Shown: piece after piece, positions 22,008 to 32,659 of the stretch
Position numbering within the stretch: position 1 is the stretch's first letter
Layout of the letters: every line of letters starts with the position of its first letter
Notes under the pieces: model-generated
Databases searched by the model: none
What the model saw: the letters and a program-made list of their open reading frames with translations, nothing else
What the model was told of the DNA's origin: nothing
Translations under genes and position numbers: made by a program
NCBI GenBank assembly: GCA_002269645.1
Contig: NIVC01004873.1
Span: 1-32,659 of the forward strand
Reading direction: 5' to 3'
DNA from: Macrostomum lignano
Lineage: Eukaryota
DNA: 32,659 nt

Positions 22008-23554
22008 TCACACGGCAGAACCATTTGAAACTCGGTAAAATCTGATGGACAGTCCTTCCTGCTGGCACACGGCAAGCAGCTCTGAGTCGCCTTCGACGGT
22101 GCCCAAGACACACGGACAGTGCATTTTGTCTCGGCCTCTGCCAGCCTCGCCCTCGACTCCGACAGTCTGCAGCACAGTGCCGTCACTTTGCATCACACGA
22201 ACCACATGCCTATTATACTCGCTGACGAACACCAGACCTGAACGATGAGCCACAACTCCTGCAGGACTCAGAAGCTCATCAAGACGACTTCGGCTTGTCG
22301 GGTAGGTCGAGATCAGCTGACCGCTGACGATGCACACTTTGTAGATCTTTTTAGCTGCCCAGTCAGTGATCAGCACCGCATGGTCGATGACCGACATGAT
22401 TCCGAGCGATCTGGGGAACTGGGCACGCCACCGACAGAACGCAGGTCTGCAGCTGGCCGCTGTCTTTGTCGATGCACAGCAGCTGCATTTCCGAGCCGCT
22501 TTTGTCCAGAGCAATTATCTTGTCAGAGCTGCAGGTCAGCCCCATAATCTGACAGGCCGTCCGAGGCTGCTCGAGTTGATCTCGAGTGACACCTGACCGC
22601 TCAGGTCCGACACCTTGACCACGTTTTTCTGCGAGATGTACAGAGCTTGGCGCTTGCTGTCACAGCTGAGTCCTGTGATTGGCGTGACCAGTCGAGGTCG
22701 ACTTGAACTTTCAGCCTCACGGATCCGTCAATCGAACACGCGAGAAGGTAATCCAGATCGGATCGCAAATCAAAAGCTACGAACAGACACGGCTCGGGAA
22801 GCATCTGTGCACCATCGACCGCAGACTCCGCCTTCACCACTTTGCTGCCTGAAGCATCAGCGGAGAAGCCCTTCGTGTTGCTGCAGCATGAAACCCAAGC
22901 AGGCGCACCATCGAGTTCTTGGATCTCGCTGTGGAACTCACAAATGCTCTGCTTCTCCTCTCTCAGCGGACTAACACTCTCGAACAGCTTCATCACGTCC
23001 TCGAACTGCCTGTCGATGCTCAGCTGCAAGTCTCTCAGAGCTCCGCAAACGTCGCCCAGCTTCAGTCGTCCTTGTTCGTCTCCACCAGACACAGCGTTTT
23101 CGAGATCGCTGCACTCCAGCTCCATGCGAGAGCACTGCTCAAAGATGCCTCGAAGATTGTTGGCGCTTTCCGCCGCTGCCATCGAGCTGTCGAACTCCTG
23201 CAGCACTGCGAAGTCGCTCAGCTTCTGCCTTGCTGCGTCAGTTGTGGCAGTGAGTCGATTCGTAACAGCTTCCTTGTGCTTCATCAGCGACTCAATGGCG
23301 GCATTGAGCAGATCCTCAGTGACCTGTAGCTTCGCTTCTAGCGCCTGCGAGTCCATTCTTAGCAGGTCGCGAACGAGCCTCAGAGGCTGCAGCCTCGCTT
23401 CGACTCTGGCATGAATTTCGCGCACTCTGTCGGAGTCTCGGTCCAGGTGTCTCTGGCACAGAGGCTGCAGTGTCTGAGCTCCGGTGCCAGCAGCTGCTTC
23501 GCTGCAGGTGGCCAGGGAGCAGCGCCGACTGCCTGCTTGAGTGGCTTCGGTCAT
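22008..23554 (-). pseudogene. Paralog B2: B-type N-terminus with A-like linker and first blades; four 1-nt deletions (pseudogene or consensus error)
   Basis: ORFs 22601..23554, 22363..22545 and 22008..22514 join. Deletions near 22685, 22546, 22437 and 22400-22420. Restoring four bases gives 1551 nt, a multiple of three. Confidence 0.78.
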
Positions 23555-25486
23555 GGCTCATCTGAGCTGAAGAGGAGAGTTTGGAGATGCTGAGGCATTG
23601 TGGAGCGTGTGCTCAGGGAACTGCAGAAGCTGCACTTTTAGTCCGATGGAGGGGCTCAGGAACTCATTTAGGACAAATGCTGACGTATTTCAATAATGGA
23701 ACCATTTTGATTCAAAGTTTGTTGCAACTAAAAATGATTAATTCTACCCCTCTTTTCACTTATCGTCCATAATTCATTTAAATTTCTATGGTGTGCACTT
23801 ACACTTTTTGTGACACATCTGGCCGGCATTTATTGGAAAATGCTTGTTCTTGCTTGCCTGTTATAATGAATAACAGAATGAGAATTCAAGTTGAGAATTT
23901 GAGTCAAAACTTATGGATGAAACTTTCGAGATAGTTGCAGCAGTAGTCATGAAGATTAGCGAGGCTTAGCTAAGTTACCAGCTTGAAATATATTACAGAC
24001 AGTTTATAATACACAAACCAAATTGTATAAATTATTCAAAACAAAAAAGTTAAACAATAAAAATGTTGGAACATTTAGACTAAGTTACTACAGTGTGTCT
24101 GAAAATCGATATTGATAATATACTGATAATATTATAATTTTAACAATTATATTATTATTTTCATAATATTAACGTATAATCTATTATATTAATAATAGTA
24201 TAATTATCAGTAAAAAAATTATATCTAGCTACAATGACTGCAAGTAATAAAACAGCATTTGTAAATAAAATAAGAAACATTATTTAATATTTCAGTCTAA
24301 CGAATTTCTGCCTGTGCATTTTTTATTTTAAAAGATAAAGAAAATTAAATATTTGAAAACCTGACATTTAAAAAATATATTGTCTTCATTTATGCATACA
24401 GACAGGTAAATCTAAAATTATTAGTGACTTATTTAATCGACAGACTACAGATTACAGACTGTTTGTTTATCAATATTAATTAATATTGTAATGATAAGTC
24501 AATTAAAATCGCCAGCTTATGCGTTCTATTTTGACTAAGTTAGCTTTTTTGTTCAAAATTATATTACAAATCGATTCACAACGCAGTCAAAGGTTAACAT
24601 TAATTATTGCATACAAACAATGTCTTGGTTTGAAACTCAAAACAGATTAATAATAATAATATAAAATAATCATAAATAATCATATAAAATGATAATAATA
24701 AAAATTAATAATTTGCATGTAAACGACTAGTATATTGTATTAGTTACTAGTCCGCAGCAGCCATACTGAGTGCTATCTTAAATAGTATACTCGTCCGACT
24801 TCGGGTAAAGATTCGAAAAACTTAACCCGAATAAGGTATCATGTTAAATGCGTGCGCTCTAATGAAGCAGTGTATAAGTAAAACAAAAAGTTGAATTCCT
24901 ATAGATTTACACGTCAATTTTTCAAGATACAGTACAGGTATAGCAATATCTTTCACACGGTCAGAATTAGGAAACAGCTTTCCAAAATATGTTTTTTTTC
25001 TTTCGCACCAACGAGTCACAGGCTTTACCTGCATGTGTAAACAATCAATCAAACACTAAACTGGACATTTGTATGAGGAGCTGGTGGATGTACATGTACT
25101 CGTAACTTTGTTTAGACGTTTAATGGTCTTTGTCCGGCTATACGCAATCGAAGTCCATATATGCAACCAATGAAATTGTTTACTTGAACGATGTACATGT
25201 TGAGAATAAGGACCATGCAGATAGCAAAGACAGACAAACGGAGAGAATAAATGTGCAAGAATATTCATTTGATTGAGCTTGAAAGGGAAGATCAGGGAAG
25301 AAAGAGTTCCAATACCACTCGAGGAGCCAATCAGCTGTCAGCAGCCCTTATAATCCTCATCAGCCGACCAAGGCAAAACGGATCAAATATACGAAGCCCC
25401 GATCAGACGAAAAAAAGAGCGAAAATACTCTAACGCCCTCGTGCGAAAGGTTTTACTTTTCTCAGCTCAACCTCCACCGCTCAAGG

Positions 25487-26209
25487 ATGTCTCTCCACAG
25501 TCTGCCCTCAGCAACTCCAAACGCCACCGATCACCGCTCCTCATTCGTCTCCTGCTCCGTCAGCAGCCCCTACAAACTCTCCCATCGCCTGCTGCTCGCC
25601 TCCCTCGGCTCTCTGCTTGCCGGCTACGTAACCTTCGTCAACGCGGCCATCTTTGCCGTCTTCCTTCGCGACCGCAGCGTCCACCGCGTCCCCGGTCACG
25701 TGTTCATCGTCGGCCTGATGGTGAGCAGCGACATTCTTGTTGGCATGCTGGCTCTGCCGGGCTACCTGGTGAGAACCCTGTGCGGTGGCTGGCCGCTGCC
25801 GAAATGGTCCTGCGACCTGTGGATCACGGTGGACTACATCAGCACTAACGTTGGCATGCTGAGCGTGACCACTGTTGCTTTCGACAGATTTTTAGCTACT
25901 AACTTTGTGTTCCTGCACAAGCGATGGATGCACCGCGCCAATCAGCTCCGTCTGTGCGCCGCGGTGTGGCTCGTCACCTCCGCCAGGTGCATCGCCACCT
26001 TCCCCATGTGGGCCGTGCTGTCCGGCTTCCGGGCCAGGGAGGCTTTCGGTGCCTGCGGCCATCCGATTTACCAGGACACCGCGGCGGGCATTGCACACCG
26101 GACGGTGGCCTTGTACATCCCCATCGTGCTGCTGGTCTTTTTTTACGGCGCTGTGGTCTTCCGCATTCTCAAGTCCTCTCGCGCTTTTGGTGCCACTTCG
26201 ACCAACGCG
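25487..26209 (+). CDS. Class A (rhodopsin-like) GPCR, muscarinic/aminergic-like, exon 1 (TM1-TM5 and start of ICL3)
   Basis: N1.50 (TFVNAA), D2.50 (SSDILVG), CDLWITVDYISTN...FDRF, W4.50, ECL2 Cys, TM5 YIP..LL..FY. GTGAGT donor at 26210 after a complete codon (phase 0). Confidence 0.88.
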
Positions 26210-26224
26210 GTGAGTCTTGGATAT

Positions 26225-26684
<460 letters not shown>

Positions 26685-27194
26685 AAGTAAGTCCATTACT
26701 CGCAATCTGTGATATCATTCCAAAGCCTTTTGTTTAATCTCAATAGGGTGTTCTTGTCGTTCGTGCCGTCTCAATGAGCCGCCCAGTAATTGGATGAGGA
26801 TTTTAATTAATTATTTGTTTTTAAGAGACCGAAGGAATAATCAAAGTTTGATAATAATGAACGGGATTGTCTAGTGAACTCTGGAACAAAGGCCAAGAGT
26901 TAATAAAAGCTAAGAAATAAAATACTCATAAAAGCACGAGCTGTCTTGTCGAATATCTGTTCGGTAATATTCGGATTTCATCTCCCAAAAGATAAGAAAA
27001 TATTTCAAGATATTCGAGGATTAAAAAATAGATTTAACAACTGTTCTAGCTTTTCTTTATCATAGAGTTTAATCTACAGGTCTATCACGACAAACATATT
27101 AAATATGCGATATTTATTGATTATTATTCCAAGATTCATTGATAATAGAATTGTACCATAATTGTAGCATTACAGAAAGAAAAGCAGTCTGGTA

Positions 27195-28090
27195 ACCAAG
27201 AGACAGGGCCGCGCTCACAAAGAGACAGGGGCGACCACCAAGAGACAGGGGCGCCCAACCAAGAGACAGGGGCGCCCAACAAAGAGACAGGGGGCGCTCA
27301 CTAAGAGACGGGCGCCCACCAAGAGACAGGGGCGCTCACTAAGAGACGGGCGCCCACCAAGAGACAGGGGCGCTCACTAAGAGACGGGCGCCCACCAAGA
27401 GACAGGGGCGCTCACTAAGAGACGGGCGCCCACCAAGAGACAGGGGCGCCCAACAAAGAGACAGGGGGCGCTCACTAAGAGACGGGCGCCCACCAAGAGA
27501 CAGGGGCGCTCACTAAGAGACGGGCGCCCACCAAGAGACAGGGGCGCCCAACAAAAAGACAGGGGGCGCTCACTAAGAGACGGGCGCCCACCAAGAGACA
27601 GGGGGCGCCCAACCAAGAGACAGGGGCGACCACCAAGAGACAGGGGCCAAGGACTTCTAGACTAACAGGACGTAAAACTCAAAGATCGTGCAAGTTTTTG
27701 GAGGCCACGATTTCCTGGAAAAAATACACTGCGAAGATAGGAAAAAAAATAAAGTGAAAACAATATGAAAATGAAAACTTCACTACACAGCTATATGAAA
27801 ATATAATAGAGTAACATATTGTGCATGTTAAATTAAAAGAATGGTAGTCTTCACTGCCCCAGATCAAATACAATCACAGATTTTGTGACGAAAAACTGAT
27901 TTTTTCCTATCTTCGCAGTGTATTTTTTCCAGGAAATCGTGGCCTCCAAAAAATTGTACGATCTTTCAGTTTTACGTCCTGTTAGTCTAAAAGTCCTTGA
28001 CAGGGGCGCCCAACCAAGAGACAGGGGGCGCCGACTAAGAGACAGGGGCGCTCACTAAGAGACGGGCGCCCACCAATAGACAGGGGGCGC
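27195..28090. repeat. GC-rich minisatellite of 18-20-bp units (ACCAAGAGACAGGGGCGC(T/C)C alternating with ACTAAGAGACGGGCGCCC), interrupted by a MITE
   Basis: Tandem units at 27195-27647, resuming at 28000-28090. Confidence 0.92.
27648..27999. mobile_element. 352-bp non-autonomous hAT-type MITE with TIRs of about 100 bp and an 8-bp TSD
   Basis: CAAGGACTTCTAGACTAACAGGACG ... CGTCCTGTTAGTCTAAAAGTCCTTG. ACAGGGGC is duplicated at 27640-27647 and 28000-28007. An 8-bp TSD and YARNG termini are hAT hallmarks. Confidence 0.9.
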
Positions 28091-28374
28091 TTCTCTAAAC
28101 TCGCACGTTCTCGAAACAATTTATTTTATAACACAAAAACAAAACGTGGCTATCCTGTTTTATAACTGGTGCGAGCTGGTAGCAAATATCGAATTTCACA
28201 TTATGCATCACATTTTATAGTTTGCGTCTTTGTTATACCGGGTCAAACCTCAGTTCAGTAACTATTCTTACATGTAATAGTTAAATGACACATTAAAAAG
28301 AATCTTAACGGTAGAACTACCGAGAGGGAGGGAAAATTCCCCCCTGACAATTTTTTGCTGCGCCGGAACGGAGC

Positions 28375-28952
28375 AACGCTGACACACGAAATTCAAGAGC
28401 ACGGGTCAACTTTTTGTTGCGCACCTTCTCAAAAAGAATCAAGTCGCTAGCCCTCTAGACCGTCGAGATATTCGACGATTCTGCCAGAAGGTCGGATTTT
28501 TCCCATAAGCGCCTGTGTATTCAGTACACCCCTGTGCGCCAATTAGCACTGCGCCTCAGTGCAGCCTTGCCAAGCCTCCAAATTTCATCAGCACGTCGAC
28601 CGCATGTGTCTGCATCAGTTCTGACTTTGTTGGTCACTGGCCTTCACCCAGGCGGAGCTTCTGGACCTTCAGCAGGTGGCACCAGGTGACTATGGACACC
28701 CTGATGCGGATTTCTCTAGTTTCGTCGATCAAGTCTCGACAGTGGACAAGCCTCAACTGCTGGACATCCTCAGCTAGTCTCTCAAGCATTCCGTCATCAC
28801 TCCGACGCCGTCCGCTCCTTCAAAAGGTGGCGCAAGGTGATCATGAGGTCTATCTACGCAAGGAGGGCTGGCGACTTGATTCTTGTTTGAGAAGGTGTGC
28901 AACAAAAAGTTGGTTCGTGTTCTTGAATTTCGAGTGCCTGCGTTCTAGGAAG
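28375..28952. mobile_element. Degenerate inverted-repeat element (probable DNA transposon remnant)
   Basis: CACGAAATTCAAGAGCACG.GTCAACTTTTTGTTGCGCACCTTCTCAAA (about 28383-28435) is inverted at about 28887-28945. True termini and TSD not found. Confidence 0.6.
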
Positions 28953-29010
28953 CGAAGCGTCTTAAAAGTCTTTCAAATCAAGTCGTTCACCCACTAAAAC
29001 CTGATTGCAG

Positions 29011-29667
29011 GCTCGTCAGTCAAGAAGCCCCAATCACCGCTTGGCTGCTGCAGCCTCCTCGCTGCAGGAGAGCTGCGTGGACACCGCTTCGCAGTCGCTA
29101 ATAGCTACAGCTGGTGGCAGCGGAGTTAACAGCCGACTCTCCCGTCAGCATGCCGGCGTACATGGACGTCGAAGTTCAACCCTGGCCAACCGACTAGTGA
29201 AATCGTTCCGCATTGTCACCTGCGTACTGATCTCCTTCCTGCTCACCAATATGCCCTGGCAAGTGGTTGAGAACATGATCGTCACAGGGACAACCAACCT
29301 GACCAGCACAGATTGGCTCTACGTCCTGTTCTGGATACTCAGCTACATGAACGCGTTTCTGAATCCTCTGTTCTACTGTTTTATGAACAAAGGATACCGA
29401 CTGGCCATTGCGCGCTTTCTGAGGTGTCAGTCTGGCCAGCAGCAACTGCAGCATCAGCAGCTTCAGCATTTACTGCAGCAGCATCACCAGCTGAACCATC
29501 AGAGCAGCGGAGGAGGTACTGCAGCAGCTGCTGCACATGGATCTCAACCACAGAAGCCACACCGCCTGGCCTCAGATGGTTCAGCAGTGAAGACGCACCC
29601 GCGTCTTACAATAGAGTTGTTCATCTGGCTAGAGGTTCGGCTCCGTGATTACGAGTTGTCCGAGTGA
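29011..29667 (+). CDS. Same GPCR, exon 2 (ICL3 end, TM6, TM7, Q/H-rich tail); spliced product 459 aa
   Basis: TTGCAG acceptor ending at 29010, phase 0, matching the donor. TM6 FLLTNMPW, TM7 WILSYMNAFLNPLFY, helix 8 NKGYR. Additional small ICL3 exons or a different last exon cannot be excluded. Confidence 0.82.
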   Translation, partial: ARQSRSPNHRLAAAASSLQESCVDTASQSLIATAGGSGVNSRLSRQHAGVHGRRSSTLANRLVKSFRIVTCVLISFLLTNMPWQVVENMIVTGTTNLTSTDWLYVLFWILSYMNAFLNPLFYCFMNKGYRLAIARFLRCQSGQQQLQHQQLQHLLQQHHQLNHQSSGGGTAAAAAHGSQPQKPHRLASDGSAVKTHPRLTIELFIWLEVRLRDYELSE

Positions 29668-29792
29668 AGTGCACACGATCAATTTGACTTAATTTGAAAT
29701 AAAGAAACTCAAAGCAATTGTTAAACTTAATTTTTTGCACTATAGAAAAAAACCCATACCAGTTCACTACTGAAATCTACCAGTTAGTCTAT

Positions 29793-30468
29793 TAGTATAC
29801 CCACTCTACATCCGGGTCAATCTACCAGTATACCCACTCTATAACCGGGTCAATCTACCAGTATACCCACTCTATATCCGGGTCAATCTACCAGTATACC
29901 CACTCTATATCCGGGTCAATCTACCAGTATACCCACTCTACATCCGGGTCAATCTACCAGTATACCCACTCTATATCCGGGTCAATCTACCAGTATACCC
30001 ACTCTACATCCGGTCAATCTACCAGTATACCCACTCTACATCCGGGTCAATCTACCAGTATACCCACTCTATATCCAGGTCAATCTACCAGTATACCCAC
30101 TCTATAACCGGGTCAATCTATCAGTATACCCACTCTATAACCGGGTCAATCTACCAGTATACCCACTCTATAACCGGGTCAATCTACCAGTATACCCACT
30201 CTATATCCGGGTCAATCTATCAGTATACCCACTCTACATCCGGGTCAATCTACCTGGTACCAGTATACCCACTCTATAACCGGGTCAATCTACCAGTATA
30301 CCCACTCTATATCCGGGTCAATCTACCAGTATACCCACTCTATATCCGGGTCAATCTATCAGTATACCCACTCTACATCCGGGTCAATCTACCTGGTACC
30401 AGTATACCCACTCTATAACCGGGTCAATCTACCAGTATACCCACTCCACATCCGGGTCAATCTACCAT
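29793..30468. repeat. 33-bp minisatellite (CCGGGTCAATCTACCAGTATACCCACTCTA(T/C)A(T/A)), about 20 units
   Basis: Unit starts at 29812 and 29845 are 33 bp apart. Two units carry a 7-bp insertion. Confidence 0.95.
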
Positions 30469-30899
30469 TACCCTTGTACACCCGTGTCAATAAAAAATAA
30501 CTCACTCTGATACATCTGTGTTCTGACAGCTGCACCCACTAGTACCCATTCTCACAATTGTTCAAAATGGATAAAGAAAGAATTGACACTCTTAATAAAG
30601 CAAGCTTATCTGTTTATCAAAAAGCACAACTATGTATTGAATCAACTGACCTGATACGCCTGTAAGAGCATTGCCTGTTTATGTCTCAAACACCGACAGA
30701 ACAAATTTATTGTCACTTGTCAAAGACGTACAAATACCTTAAATGATCGATTTTTTTAGTATCCTAGATTTTTTACTTTTAGTTATCTAAATGCCAGATC
30801 GGTCATAGTAGCAGATGAAACATAAAGTACATGAGCAGTACTCAAAATCACACACCTGATCAAAGTTCTCCGCGAACCCCCACCCATCCTCCTATAACA

Positions 30900-31445
30900 G
30901 CCACCCCTCCTCCTCCTGTAACACTCACCCCTCCTCCTCCGCTAACACCCACCCCTTCTCCTCCGCTAACACCCACCCCACCTCCTCCTGTAACACTCAC
31001 CCCTTCTCCTCCGCTAACACCCACCCCTTCTCCTCCGCTAACACCCACCCTTCTCCTCCGCTAACACCCACCCCTTCTCCTCCGCTAACACCCACCCCTT
31101 CTCCTCCGCTAACACCACCCCTTCTCCTCCGCTAACACCCACCCCTTCTCCTCCGCTAACACCCACCCCTCCCGCTAACACCACCCCTTCCTCCGCTAAC
31201 ACCCACCCCTCCTCCTAACACCCAACCCTCCTCGCTAACACCCACCCCCTCCGCTAACACCCACCCCTCCTCCGCTAACACCCCCCCTCCTCCGCTAACA
31301 CCCACCCTCCTCCGCTAACACCCAACCCTCCTCCGCTAACACCCCCTCCTCCGCTAACACCCACCCTCCTCCGCTAACACCCACCCCTCCTCCGCTAACA
31401 CCCACCCCACCTCCGCTAACACCCAACACTTCTCCGCTAACACCA
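30900..31445. repeat. C-rich 21-24-bp minisatellite (CCTCCTCCGCTAACACCCACC)
   Basis: Tandem units, 24 bp on the left and about 21 bp and more irregular on the right. Confidence 0.92.
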
Positions 31446-32004
31446 ACACCTCTATCATAGTTAATTCAGATTGACAGGCGATAAATCCAGCAAAAAACTA
31501 TACATCAATCTAGTGCTGATATCCCTTACATAATAGGCTTTACCGCGAAACACGCAATAGTCTTTAACTAGCGATTTCAAAGTTGATTCGGGCAGCGGTT
31601 CCAGCTGGGCGGCGTCGAACCGCGCTCTGAGTTGGCCAGCGTCACCTGAGCATTGCCGGCCTTCAATGCGGCTAATAATTCTTGACGATGACGCGCGTGA
31701 GGAGGCTGGGATCCAATGGGATGAGCCGCTGCTCTGGGGACTGTAGGCGTACAGACGGCAGCCACTGCCGCCCTGAAAGATCACCAAACCGGCTGATTCA
31801 GCAGCCGAGTCGAACAGTCTGCGGCACGCTCATCGGATGCTGGAAGGGAGCGGCTGCTGCTGCGGCAGCGTCTCCGCTGCCACCGTCTGCGAGGCAGTCT
31901 CGGCGCGATAGAAACGGACTAGCTCTTCGAGACCTGCCACCATGCGGTCCTGGTTCGATTCAGGGAGGGAGGGGTGGAGTGACTTGTATTATGGTGATTC
32001 CCAC

Positions 32005-32659
32005 CCTGCCTCCAATGGTTTCTCACACCCTGCATCTCCAATGGTTTCCACACCTTGCATCTCCAATGTTTCTCACACCTTGCATCTCCAATGGTTTCTC
32101 ACACCTCTGCATCTCCAATGGTGTCTCACACCCTGCATCTCCAATGGTTTCTCACACGCCTGCATCTCCAATGTGTCTCACACCCTGCATCTCCAATGTG
32201 TCCACACCCTGCATCTCCAATGGTTTCTCACACCTTGCATCTCCAATGGTTTCTCACACCTTGCATCTCCAATGGTTTTCTCACACCCTGCATCTCCAAT
32301 GGTGTCTCACACCCTGCATCTTCCAATGGTTTCTCACACCCTGCATCTCCAATGGTGTCTCACACCCTGCATCTCCAATGTTTTCTCACACCCTGCATCT
32401 CGCATCTCCAATGGTTTCTCAACACCCTGCATCTCCAATGGTGTCTCACACCTGCTGCATCTCCAATGGTTTCTCACACCCTGCATCTCCAATGGTTTCT
32501 CACACCCTGCATCTCCAATGTTTCTCACACCCTGCATCTCCAATGGTTTCACACCCTGCATCTCCAATGGTTTCTCACACCCTGCAATCTCCAAATGTGT
32601 CTCACACCCTGCATCTCCAATGGTTTTCTCACACCCTGCATCTCCAATGGTTTCTCACA
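32005..32659. repeat. 26-bp minisatellite (CTCACACCCTGCATCTCCAATGGTTT) running off the window end
   Basis: Tandem units with scattered 1-nt indels. Confidence 0.95.

Larger units (their letters stand above)
17893..25200. repeat. Segmental duplication, copy 2 (A3+B2 block with flanks)
   Basis: Colinear with 1046-8520. Similarity fades around TGTACATG at about 25195, matching about 8515. Confidence 0.8.

Noticed and set aside
28515-28997. 160-aa ORF as an extra GPCR exon
   Set aside because: Starts at GTG, lies inside an inverted-repeat element, and exons 1 and 2 already join in phase to give a full 7TM protein.
29793-30468. 33-bp repeats of CRISPR-like length
   Set aside because: Head-to-tail with no unique spacers, no cas genes, eukaryotic context.
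31830-31832. In-frame TGA as selenocysteine
   Set aside because: No SECIS-like element or selenoprotein motif recognised; mutation or error is simpler.

Overview
Eukaryotic (metazoan) genomic DNA. The host cannot be fixed from sequence; a flatworm such as Macrostomum is only a guess from composition and repeat style. The window is dominated by five intronless minus-strand paralogs of about 511 aa with the layout C-x4-C-x15-C-x2-H module, coiled coil, NHL-like beta-propeller (RING-less TRIM-NHL/Brat-like). They come in two N-terminal types: A (MSDSS..., three copies) and B (MTEAT..., two copies). Four copies lie in a duplicated A+B block (about 1046-8520 and about 17893-25200); the fifth (A2) lies between the blocks, next to a 7-kb stretch of transposon remnants: an APE-LINE fragment, a possible LTR with tRNA-Leu primer site, and an internally deleted Tc1/mariner element. 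The propellers differ mainly in short patches that map, by NHL consensus, to the ligand-binding top-face loops, and the copies are mosaics of each other. This is the best candidate for an undescribed diversifying recognition system. A two-exon muscarinic-like class A GPCR with an altered pocket follows (25487-29667); its intron holds a (GATA)n tract, a minisatellite with a nested hAT-type MITE, and another inverted-repeat element. Three minisatellite arrays end the window. All frameshifts found in the paralogs are small deletions and may be long-read consensus errors. All alignments were done by eye.
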